DNA of 64,000 nucleotides, from assembly GCA_016748015.1 (NCBI GenBank), contig JAAOMT010000735.1:248001-312000 (forward strand). The letters run 5' to 3'. Below are positions 1 to 11,303 of this stretch, in pieces. The translations under genes were made by a program, and so were the position numbers. The notes beneath the pieces were generated by a model. It did no database searches. It was not told where the DNA came from and saw only the letters and a list, made by a program, of their open reading frames with translations. Numbering within the stretch: the first letter of the stretch is position 1; each line of letters starts with the position of its first letter. Source of the DNA: Geosiphon pyriformis uo1 (lineage: Eukaryota > Fungi > Glomeromycota).

Positions 1-670
1 TGAATAATCTGCTCTAATACTTTTGAAGAATTTCCCATAATCTTTTTTGGCTGACTATTACCATTTGCATGCTTTATTGTTCCTTTTTTTTGAATTTTTC
101 AAGGATATTATAGATTGTAAAAAGGGGTATATTCATTTTATTCTGTATTTTTTTCATCTTTCATATTCCTTGTTTCCAAAAATGTAATATGACTTGCCAT
201 TGTATTTCTTGCTTTAAAGTCAGCCTTTCTAAAAAAAACTATTAGTTAATACGTGGGAAAATGTTTTTAGAGCTTAGCCACTTACCTAATATTCTGTTTC
301 CATTTTTACCATTACAAAACTTACCAAAAATGGTTAAACCAAATACAATCTTAATAGATTCATATTTTTCCAATTTTTCTCTTACCAGACTGTATTATTA
401 TTTTTTTAACCCATTTAAATAATTTAAAAATTATTTATAACCCAAAATATTTAAAGCTAAAATGTGAAAAGAATAACAAATTCTTTTGTTCTTATTAAAT
501 AAAGATAAAAAATTGAAGGTTAAAAATCTAATCGAACAATTATGTTGTTCACGCAACGATTTATTTTTACAATAGTTCAAAGATTTAGAAATTGTATTTA
601 ACAAATCCTGTCATGACGAATTTGGAAAAGAATTCTACGTATGTTTATGATCACTCTGTTGCATATATAT

Positions 671-1290
671 TGTTACGAAAGGCTATTGAGGGTGATAGGA
701 AATGATCAAAAAGAATTATAACAAGGGAGCGAATTGAATGTGTATGGATTCAATGTGTGTGACCAGTCTCTTAAAAATCACAGTCGCTAATCTTTTCAAG
801 AAATCTGAAGGTAGAGGAATAGTCCATGATTGTCAACAAGATAACACTACTGATATTATTCTATGCCTCACTAGGCGATTCTTAGAAACAATAACAAGTG
901 TCTTTATTCAATGAATTACAAGAGCAAGCAAACGGCTTCTTAGGCTAATTCTAAGAATACAAATCAAGAAAGGGAAAAGATAATGTATGTGAATGCCAAC
1001 AAGTAATCCTTTATCCACAGATGTTCAGATACTTAAAGGTAAGAAATTGGGAAAGGGGAAAAAGTAATATGAGAAGGAATATTGGATGTAGGCAACATAC
1101 TTTACTGAAAAGGGTCGATGACCAGGTCAGCGACCAGGTCAATGATCAGGTCAATGATCAGGTCAATGATCAGGTCATTGATTAGGTCAATGATCAGGTC
1201 ATTGATCAGGTCAACGATTACTATCTAAAAATAGGGTGGCTACATCAAGTGGCTAATACATGTGCAATTTAATAAAAACTAATCTTTTTT
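671..1290 (-). mobile_element. Solo LTR of Ty3/gypsy family E (5' end eroded, right boundary approximate)
   Basis: Starts TGTTAC at 671 (= ...GTAACA LTR 3' terminus on minus). Reverse complement of ~990-1280 aligns with the 3' LTR of element E at 37046-37452 (e.g. ctttaagtatctgaacatctgtggataaaggattacttgttggcattc vs ctttaagtatccaaacatcttgggataaaagattacttgttaatattc). Confidence 0.75.
1113..1220. repeat. 9 x 12-bp tandem repeat (GGTCAATGATCA) in U3 of the family-E LTR
   Basis: Units counted directly; a decayed reverse-complement array (attgacctaatt) lies at ~37150-37280. Confidence 0.9.
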
Positions 1291-2125
1291 AAAATTAACC
1301 TGTAAATTTGTCCTAATAAAGATCCTTCTCCCACAACACTAGAAATTAAACTTTCAAATTATTGAAATTTCACAACACTCGGATTTTTTAAACCTAAAAT
1401 ATCCAAGTATGAGAGTAAAATAATTGAAATGTCCTTTTGCTGCTTCAAAATAAAGTTATCAAAATATCATATTAGCCTTTCCAATAGGCAGGATTTAAAT
1501 CCACATAAATTAATATATTTTAGTTCATTGGCTACCGTTGATCAAAATAGTCTTCTTTATTCAACCACATGTATTAGATAGTGTACAATTTGTAGGTCTT
1601 TTAGCCCACGTGAGATTTGATTGGTCTAGAATGAATTATGACTGCTTTCAAAATACATACATTTTGATTCTTTTTTAAAGCTCATTCAGATTCTTATTTG
1701 GAAGGATAGAAAGATTCGAGATTAACATATTTAGAGGTTCCAATTTTCACGTGGAACCAAGCCTTTCCCAAATATCTAATTGCTCGATTAAAAATCTTTA
1801 ATCAATTGTGGGAATTATCTTTCATTGAAATATTCATGAAATATCTTTTAGCTTTCTTTCAAGTACATAAGTCAAAAGAATTACATCATTCTAAAGCCTT
1901 TTAATTTAAAATTATTGTTCATGTTCCCAACCCGCGTCAAGTTATTCAACAAGTGGGAGGACAGGATTAGGAAAGTTCTAATTTTTTAAATAGTTTTATA
2001 TTTCAAAAAGACAAATAAAGATTCAATAAATTTGTCAATTGAATGAAAAGAAATAATCAAAAGCCATTAGATTTCATCTAAATTTTTTAATGACAAAACA
2101 ATCCCTTAACAACAACTAAAGCACC

Positions 2126-2668
2126 TTACAGTTTTATACTGAGAAGTTGTTCTTGAGCTAATTCGAAGCCTTGCTCAGCCGATTTTGTCAGCCAGTAAAG
2201 CCCTTTTTCAATATCTTTTACCTCCCGATAAAAATATCTAGCTATCTCATATTGAGCCGGAGCAAAACCCGCTTCGGCAGAATGCTGACACCAAGAAATT
2301 TGTTTGAGTGGATCCTCACGTTCCAACTCAAATATGAACATTAAATATTGTGCGATCGGATTTCCACCCCAAGCCGTTGCTCGAATTCGATCCGTCGCTG
2401 CGCACACATCTCGAACCCTACCTATTCCCAAGAAATAAAAGACCCCGGACAAAATTGTCACTCGCTCTTCTTTATAATAGAAATTCCTGGACTCTGAGAT
2501 ATCTCCAAGTACACGACTAGGATTGATATAATTTTCGAGGAGATAAGATTCAAAATCTAGTTTAGTGTCTTGGAAATTTTTCCGATCGTTTAGAGATATG
2601 ACGAGGATGCGCCAAAGATCTTGTTTAGGGCTTCTTTTGTTGGTAATAATACCGTATTCTGAATTCAT
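2126..2668 (-). CDS. Sel1-like repeat (SLR/HCP-like) protein, 180 aa
   Basis: C-terminal SLR motifs SAEAGFAPAQYEIARYFY..DIEKGLYWLTKSAEQGFELAQEQL and AAWGGNPIAQY-like; intact ORF retaining CpG. Confidence 0.8.
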   Translation of the reverse strand: MNSEYGIITNKRSPKQDLWRILVISLNDRKNFQDTKLDFESYLLENYINPSRVLGDISESRNFYYKEERVTILSGVFYFLGIGRVRDVCAATDRIRATAWGGNPIAQYLMFIFELEREDPLKQISWCQHSAEAGFAPAQYEIARYFYREVKDIEKGLYWLTKSAEQGFELAQEQLLSIKL

Positions 2669-4377
2669 ATTTTTCTAACGTTTTGGAGCGTTTTCATAGA
2701 TTGTGAATGATGATAATTCTTAGTTTTTGAAGTTTCAAGATTAAAATTTTATTTTATCGCTAATTTTTTATATTAGATTTTTTGGTGACTTTTATATGAT
2801 TCTTTTCATGGATCAATCAAAGATGTATTATTACTAAAACACATTTATCATTTCAAAAATCAGTTGAGTCAAAATTCATAATGATAGTGTGCATTATATT
2901 ACTAATATTTCTAATCAAATAAGAATTTTTGAAATGAATAATAATAATAATAATAATTGATTTAACTAAAATTTTTAACCAATTGTTAAATTGAACTGCT
3001 TGAAGCCAGAAATTATTAAAAAAAAAATGAGAATAGATTATGTATTGCTTCATGAATATTATCTGAATGACCAAAATATAAATTTTAAGGAAATTATGAA
3101 TGCTATCAATATCATTTTAAATATTACTTTTTAATTAAGTCAAATTTCAAGTTGTATTCTCCAAAAAAAAAAAAAAGGCCTCAATTAAACAACTTTGTTT
3201 AACTATTTTTTGTGATAAATAATGTTTATAATACATTTTTCTCATATCAGCAATACAGATCTTACTCGAAATATGTATCGATTGTTTCAATCACATGACC
3301 TCGTCATTATTTTAAAAAATTTATAATTAAAAGCATTGTAAAAATTAAAATTTAAAGATTTTTAATGAGAGTAAATATTTATTCTTTTAGAACCTGAAGC
3401 TAGAAATAAATTTTACTTCTCATCTTTCTTCAAAGAAAAATAAGATAAAACTGAATTCTTTTAATTTGAAAATCCGGTGCTGTTCAATACAAGCATTTTC
3501 TTTCAATAATGGAAATTAAATTTGGAATACACGATCTTTTGTATAAAAAAAAACAAAATCCACATTTGATGTAATTAACTCGAAAATCTATTTCCAAAAA
3601 CTTTTTTTTAACTTGATTTCTCGATAGTTCAAAATGCTTCCTCATAAATTCGTAAAAAAAAATCATTCACTCCATTTACGTCGAAAATAAAAATCTCAAT
3701 TTCTTAAAATTATAAGAAAATACTAAAATCTGTCAGATCAAATGATATGACCAACTGAACCAGAATTTAAAGATTTGCTTAAAAAGACTAAAAATAGATT
3801 TTTGAAATAGCACAAATCTTGCATAACATCAAACGTTTGTTGTGCATATCCCTATTTTCATCTTTACAATATCCCATCCCATTTTTTCCAAGAGTTTAAT
3901 AATCGCAAAAATGATTCTGAAAAATTAAATCACTAAAGAAAATCCTTGGGAAAGAGGTATGTACTCAAAGGTTTATAATCTCTCTTTATGAAAATATTCA
4001 AGAAGTTAATAACCTCTGCATGAATGTTTATCTATATTTTCTTACAAAATGGTTAGAACAATAAGACTATGCCTAAATTTGGAATTTGTACACCTTTTTC
4101 ACCCACAGGAAGTCCTTGAAACATTTTTAAGCCCAAAATTGACTATTCTTTAATTCAAAAGTCGTGAAATTGAAATCTGCGAACAATCTCTGGTAGCACT
4201 AAACAGTACAACGGAAATCCAGTGCCACAGAGATAATCGACAATTTTAATAGGATGGCTAAATTTTGCCGGAATTCATATATAAACACACTTTGAACGGG
4301 AATTTTCTTCCCTTTTACTCTCTATCCACTTTTTTCTCCTTCTACCTGTTCCAATAAAATAATTTAACTAACCAAAA

Positions 4378-5619
4378 ATGCTGCGTCTTAAACTTGGCCA
4401 GAAACAATCCTCCAAACCGATTCTATGGGTTAAACCTAGCCCATCGGTCGTAACGTTTTCTTCCTCCCATAAACATTCCCCAGTAATTAATGTCTTTGAA
4501 ACCTTGACTTTGACTTTGACTTTGGCTGAAAAAAGAATTATCTTAAATCCTCCTTATAAACTTACTTTACCCCTTCAAGACCTATTATCAGTAGCAAAAC
4601 AAAAACTCCATAAAAACTCCCCAAAAACAATTCCAAGGCCTCCAAACGGCTGGATATTGTTTCGTAAAGACTTTCAGGCCAAAAATTCTCTTGAATTTCC
4701 TCGAAAATCTTTAAAAATACAAGATATTTCCAAATTTGCAAGTAAAGCTTGGCAAGACCAATCAGTTGAAGTAAAACAGTTCTTTGGTATTTTGCAAAAG
4801 ATGGCTGTAGAACAACATCATCTTATGCATCCGGAATATAAATTTAACCCTAAAAAGAAGGTTTCTTATCGCAAGGGATGGGTATTTAAAGATTCTACTA
4901 AAGAAACCTATTCCAAGAATGATAAGCGTCATTCAAAATCTTTCTCTTTGTCTTTGGATGAATCCTTGGATAAAGATTCATGTGACCAAGGAGAAGTGAA
5001 TGATGAAGCTAAAGATTTTAACTTGTCGGTTTTTAATCCATCTCCAGAAAAATCTTTCATGAATGTCTTTGAACATTCGACTTCTTCCCAGATTTCGGCA
5101 AAAATTGATTCAACTTCTAAACACCTTCTAGACCAAACAGAATATATTGCATCATTTGAAGATTTTTTCAGTGTTTCGCCTTTTTCTCAATCTAATATTT
5201 CGGAGACTGATAAAGTTTTCGTCGAAAATTTAATTGAGTCACAGGAACCCTCCTGGTTTCCAAATCTTAATGATCATTTCCTGCTTTCAAAAAATCAATC
5301 TGTGAGCCAAGAGTCCTTGAATTTAAAATTCAATTTTAAGGATCTCCAAAATGGTGAAATCACCTTACCATTCAATTTTGATGCAAATTCCCAATACCTC
5401 AATTCAAACACCAATATTCAATATAGTCCTTCAAATCAGTCTATTCTCTCAAATGATGTTTCTTTTGATTTTTCCAAAAATGTTTTTTTAGAGTTTGAAA
5501 ACCCATTTACTTCTAATTTTGAAATTGAAGAATCTTTATTTAACATGCCTGACTTTTTACTTTTAGATTTTGACCCAATTTCTGAATATGCAGAATTTTC
5601 TAATGAACTACTTATTTAA
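4378..5619 (+). CDS. MATA-type HMG-box transcription factor, 413 aa
   Basis: IPRPPNGWILFRK...ISKFASKAWQ...KQFFGILQKMAVEQHHLMHPEYKFNPKK is a MATA_HMG box; Ser/acidic tail; TATA-like ATATATAAA at ~4277. Confidence 0.9.
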   Translation: MLRLKLGQKQSSKPILWVKPSPSVVTFSSSHKHSPVINVFETLTLTLTLAEKRIILNPPYKLTLPLQDLLSVAKQKLHKNSPKTIPRPPNGWILFRKDFQAKNSLEFPRKSLKIQDISKFASKAWQDQSVEVKQFFGILQKMAVEQHHLMHPEYKFNPKKKVSYRKGWVFKDSTKETYSKNDKRHSKSFSLSLDESLDKDSCDQGEVNDEAKDFNLSVFNPSPEKSFMNVFEHSTSSQISAKIDSTSKHLLDQTEYIASFEDFFSVSPFSQSNISETDKVFVENLIESQEPSWFPNLNDHFLLSKNQSVSQESLNLKFNFKDLQNGEITLPFNFDANSQYLNSNTNIQYSPSNQSILSNDVSFDFSKNVFLEFENPFTSNFEIEESLFNMPDFLLLDFDPISEYAEFSNELLI

Positions 5620-7319
5620 GTTTTAGTTCAAAAGATATTTTGAATGAAATCAAATAGTTTCTTTAAATAGTTGGAAGTTATTATTTAAACACATATGTTT
5701 TTTGTTTTTTTACTTTATTTTTTTCTCATTTACAATTTATTATAAAGCATTTAATATTTAAATTTTAAGAAAGATATGAGTTTTTTTTAATTCAAGAAAT
5801 TCTGTGGTTTGTGTTGGAAAAACTATATTCTAGTTAACATGAACTTGTTATTCCAAAATTTTATCTATTCAATTAACAAAATCTCAAAGGATGAAAATGC
5901 AGTCACTTCTAAATAATCACCAATAAGGTATTGTCATGCAGTCAGTGTAACAATTCGGAGAATTTAAACGCAGCTTTGTGAACTTCAAGAAAAATTTTAT
6001 GCCTTTAAAAAAACTTGATGATACATATATTCTATAATTTTTTTGTTTCATGTAATTTGTTGTTAAGTAATCAGGGAAATTGACAGATAATTTTAATTAA
6101 TTGCAATGAAAGTCTCGAAATTCGAATTGAATTAATCCTTTTTTTTCCGAAGCATCCAACAAAAATTCAAATATCGATACATTTATTGTTGCCAATGTCT
6201 CTAGATATTAATAACTTTTTTTTCGCTCACAAGACAATCAAAAACATGAAAAATCAATATATTTTTTTGGATTTAAATTTCAAAACCACTTTATTATCAA
6301 GACGCTCAAAAATTAATATACTTATTTTTCAAAGGACAATATGTCTTTTTTGAAATTGAAATTTAGATAAATGTACATTTCAGTTTTTTCTTCTATAATA
6401 TTCTTATTTGACATTTTTTTCAGTATTTTCAGTATTTTGCCATGTGGGTTCAAAAAAATTTTTATCAAGCCTATTTCAATTCCAACTTATCGAAAAAAAC
6501 AACTTAGTTAAAATCAAAAATACTTGGCAAACGACGAAAATATTAATGATTTTTTTTGTCTTCTATTTTGAAATATGAATAATTTTCATCAAGTTTTGAT
6601 CGAAACAGGATAAGAACAATTCATTTAAATAAATCGTTCATAGTAATTTCAATAATGAAAACTTTGCTTACAATAAAATAGAAAAAATGTTAAATTAATT
6701 TGTGATAAAAAAAACTTATTTTACGAATGTAAAAAAAAAAAGAGTTTTTGAGATTATTATTATTATTTGTTTTTACCTATTTTTTTTTACAAAATAAAAA
6801 TACCATTTTGTTCAAATCAGCCATTCACGTATTTTATCTCAAACAAAAAAGTATTTTTACTTACTGGTCGTATTTTTTCATAAATAATTATTTTAATTCC
6901 AAAACCTGGAAACTTTGGTTTATTTCAATACATATATTTTGTATTTACTTATTTATTATAAAAGTAACTTAAAAGATCTAATAATAATTTTAATAAAAAC
7001 CATTCTTTTTTTTTTTACTGAGCATAATCCAATCACTATTTTACAAGTCACAACATATATATATAAGCGTGGATCATGTGCTTTTTACATATGATTATCA
7101 CCCGATTACGCTATGTCAAAGCATTGCAACTTTTCATACAAAAGAATACTTACTACATCGAACTTCGTAGTCTTTTTTTATATTTTACAACAGAATTTGA
7201 TATGCTTATTAAACCACTTATTATTTAAACATAAAATGCTTTGTAATTTTATTTATTATCTAATATACCAAAAGCTGTTTAAGCCATTACCAACTGAAAT
7301 TCTAAATCTGTATCTTTAA

Positions 7320-10300
7320 AAAAGCAAGTATTTTTTAAACTTGCTTAAAGAAAATAACCACTTATAATACATTTAATTAATCAATAATTTGAACATACAA
7401 AATAAAACCAATAAATTTAGTTAAAACAAAATGTTTTTAATACACAAATAAATTCTTAAAACTAAAAAAAGTGATTTTGTATATTAGAACCAAATAATCA
7501 AAATTTTGATACTTATAATAATATTAATAATTAAAAATTTTGTATCAAATTTGTTTTTATTTTAATATATTAATTTTACCAATAACAAATTCAAAATTTT
7601 TTGGCATCTTAAAAGTTACAATATTTATTGTTATAAAAAGTAGAATTAAACAACAAAAAATTAATTATAAATTTGGCCAATTATTTTATTAATTTTAAAA
7701 ATTAATTTGGGTTTAAAATATTTTTCAAAATAATTTAAAAAAACTTGACATAATTTTTATTAAAATTATAACATTTTATGCAAAAATTATAACATATATT
7801 ATGATAATTATTAAAACTACACACTTAATTTAATAATTAAACTGGTAACAAAAACCAATAACAATAGAATAGCAAATTTTAATTAAAAACCTAAATTAAA
7901 TGTAAAATTTTTTTAACTACTAAAAACACTAATTAAAATTAATAATTAATATATGTAATTTAATAACAATTAGCTTTATTATGCTTTAAAATTTTAATAC
8001 AACTATATTAATATAATTTAAACCCAAAAATAATTACCAAAAAATATAATTTTATAATTTATTTTAATTCTAATAAATTATAATCAAGATTGGTATTATT
8101 AATTTATAATCAATGTTTTAAATTAAGTTTTTTAAATTTTTTTATCTAAATTATTAATTTAAGCTAATAATTAAGAATGTTAATTGGTCTGTCCAATCTG
8201 GTCCAGTTCAAAGACTGCTCGTCCTAGGCAGAACCGGTGCTTGGTCACATGGCTAAAAGGATCATCCTGCTAAAAGATCATTCAGATACAATTAATTAAT
8301 TTAATCAGTATAAATAATTAATGTATTTAAAATAATTTTAATATAACGTATAAATTTTAATGTAATATTATGGTTTTATTATAAGCAATAGTTTTTTTAT
8401 ATAGTTTTTTTTCTTAAATATTGCTATTTAATTTCTAAATATACTTTTTTTATTTTTTTAAATTATTTAAATTATTTAAATTAAACATTAAAATCTTGCA
8501 TATTTTCAAACAATTAATTATAATAATTTTATTTATAGTATATGCGAAAGAAGCAACATCTAGGATCGTAGAGGCAGTCAGATCGCTCCTGATCGCTCAT
8601 GGAGTCACGGTATGAATGCCCACTGCGAAAATGAGATTAGACTATGAAAGGAACGGACCTCGTAGATCGCGGCCGTGAGGCTTATTCGGAAAAAAAATCG
8701 TCCCTGTTAAACGCTAATCATTGTGGTAACATAGGAATATATTCAAACGCGCCATCTTTGGTGGCGCATGTGAGGGAATTTGTGACACGGAAAATTTGAG
8801 TGGCTCAGCTTAGTGTTGTCTTGACGTAAGTCCGGGCGGCTGGTCACGTGTTGAAACCGCAAATATTGGTTTTGTTTAAAAATCAATTATTTTTTCAATT
8901 AAAATTATTATAAATGGTTTTTATTTAATAATAAATTCTTTTTAAAAGATACATTATGTGTATTCTGTAATTACGCAATTATAATACTTAATATACTTAA
9001 TATTTATTGTGTTTTACATTACAGCAAAAAAATTTAAAAACATTAAGAAAATACATTAATAACACTTTATATAAAAATTAGTTATTAATTAATGTATTAT
9101 TTATTAAAACTAAGTTTGCAAAACAACAATTACAAACCAACTGGTTTAAAACCATTTTTAATATTTTAAACAATGTATTAAAAAAAATCACAACATATAA
9201 CAACAATAAAAAAATTAAATATAAAATTTTATCAATTTTAAGTATAATAAAAACTAGGTAGCGTTTGGGCACTCGTTAAATGAATAAAAAAAATTAATTA
9301 ATTAATTAACAAGCTTAATTTTGGTAACAAAATTTGAAATACAATTTTTATACAAAATAGTTTAATATTATTTTTAATAATTAATTTAAAAACTAATAAT
9401 TATAACACAATTTATACATAATTTAACATAAAAAATATTTATATTAAAGCAAAAATAACTTATTTAAAATTTTTCAATAATTAATAATAACTTTTAATAT
9501 TATAAAAAATTATTGTTTAATTTTCTTTTTGATTTTTGATTTAACAAATAAGATATAATTACTATTTATCACAATATAATAAAATATGATTTACAATAAA
9601 AATAGCTTATATATAATTACTTATTTGGTTATTTATTTGGTTAATTAATACTTATTATGTATTTATAGTACAAAAATATTATAATCTAAATTAGAAAAAT
9701 AATTTTTTTTAAAACCAAATTAATTAAATAATTTTGAAAATATTTAATTTGCATATAATTATTTTGATAACCACAATTAAAAAACTTTGCACATTACTAA
9801 ACAGAAATTTTTAATAATTAACAATCTTTTTTTTAGTTTAATATTAAGTAGTTAAATTTTTTGTAACTAATAACCAAACTATAAAAAAAATTAATTGACT
9901 TTAATACTTTTTAACACTTTTATTAATTTTTTTAAACCAGTCTTTAAGCACAAAATTTTTTATATAATTATATATAATTATTTATTTTTATAATAATTAA
10001 AACACCAAAAAAAAATTAATATTAATAATATTTTTTTACATATTTAAATTTTTTGTACATATAAACGTGTAATCAAATTTTTACAATAAATATGTAATAT
10101 ATTTGAACATAATAAATTATAAAAAAAAATTTTTAGTTACAATAAGCAATTATTTGTCTATAATTTTTATTTTTATAATATTAATTTAGGTTTTTAAAAT
10201 TAAAATTATTATTTATTAATTAAAAAAATGTGTTTTGTTTTTATATTAAACCATAATTAATTAAAAAATTTTACATTAAATAATACAGCCAGATTTTTAT

Positions 10301-10910
10301 TTGTATTTATTATAATAAAAAAGTTGTTGTATTATTATTTAGTTAAAAAAACATTATTATTTAAAACTAATTTGTATTATTAAAATTAATAAAACAAAAC
10401 TATTAAACAAATTTATTTTTAAAAAAAAATTTAATTATTAATAATAGTAGTTATTTTTTTTTAATAATAATAATAGTTAAAAAAACAAAAGTTTTATTAT
10501 ATACTTAACCGAGTGGCCGGTCACGTGTAGAGAACGCATGAGCCACGCTTAATATAGGAGCTTTTATGTTCTATAGTTTTAGGTAGTGGTTGGGCCTCAC
10601 TCGTTAATCATTTAATTAAAAAAAAATACTTAACACTCGTAAATCTCATAATAAAAAAAAATATATACTTAATTTTAAAAATTGTAACAATATTAAAAAA
10701 TCTGTTTTTAATATATATTTTTAAAAATGTTTCTAAATATTTTGTTTTGTTATTAAGAAAGAATTTTTGGGTGTTGTTTTTTTAGTTATAATAATATAAA
10801 TAATAGTTGCTTTTTTTTTGTTTTAATTAAAAATATTATAAACATGTAAAATTTTTTTAATTAATTTTAATTTTATATTTTAAATAAAAATAAAAAACTC
10901 TTACATATGT
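7320..10910. other. Extremely AT-rich, C/G-stripped relic (probably a hypermutated repeat) with embedded GC-rich islands
   Basis: Almost no CpG or TpC/GpA outside the islands at ~8185-8290, 8540-8870, 9255-9280 and 10505-10610; abrupt borders; no credible ORF. Confidence 0.7.
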
Positions 10911-11176
10911 TGAGGTTTTTGAAGTCCTTGTTTGGACATTTGTACAAGAAATATAAAGGTTTATTTTTCAAATATTTATGTATTTATTCTTAAGATATGC
11001 TCTTTTAAACGTATATTATGCAAACGAAGCTGTATTATGTTTATTGATATTAAAGTGCTATCTTGTCATCTTGAACTCGTATAAATGGGCTGAAACAATA
11101 ATTCGGCTTTTTCACTTTGTCTGGTTTTGTTGCACCATGCATTAAGAAATGCATTTACCAAATGGTTTTTTTTCTG

Positions 11177-11195
11177 GTGGCTGATCACGTGTAGA
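11177..11195 (+). promoter_or_regulatory. Extended E-box (GTGGCTGATCACGTGTAGA) upstream of COG8, candidate Cbf1/USF-type bHLH site
   Basis: RTCACGTG about 110 bp before the COG8 ATG; near-identical motifs at 8836-8854 and 10513-10531; ATCACGTG also at ~14961 upstream of COQ10. Confidence 0.55.
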
Positions 11196-11303
11196 AAATT
11201 AATAGTAGTACGTAAGTCACATGCTTAAGTGAGTGATTCTCTAAAATCATACCGGGGAACATAATCTATTAGATCAAGTGATATGTCTTAATTTTTTTTA
11301 GAA

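Noticed and set aside
139-390. Possible small spliced gene end on minus (GGTAAG donors, CTAAT..TAG acceptor, ~29 codons to TAA)
   Set aside because: Too short, no recognisable domain or supported start.
1113-1220. CRISPR-like array (also the GGAATTCC arrays in A-type LTRs)
   Set aside because: Head-to-tail short repeats without unique spacers, inside eukaryotic LTRs; no cas genes.
2853-9272. Short 60-75 aa ORFs in intergenic and AT-rich DNA (2853, 3484, 6748, 7113, 9078)
   Set aside because: Low-complexity F/I/L/K/N translations with no domain signal.
8841-10530. Point-centromere-like CDEI (RTCACGTG) plus AT-rich CDEII
   Set aside because: No CDEIII-like element or fixed spacing; the same motif sits in gene promoters, and the AT richness has a mutational signature.
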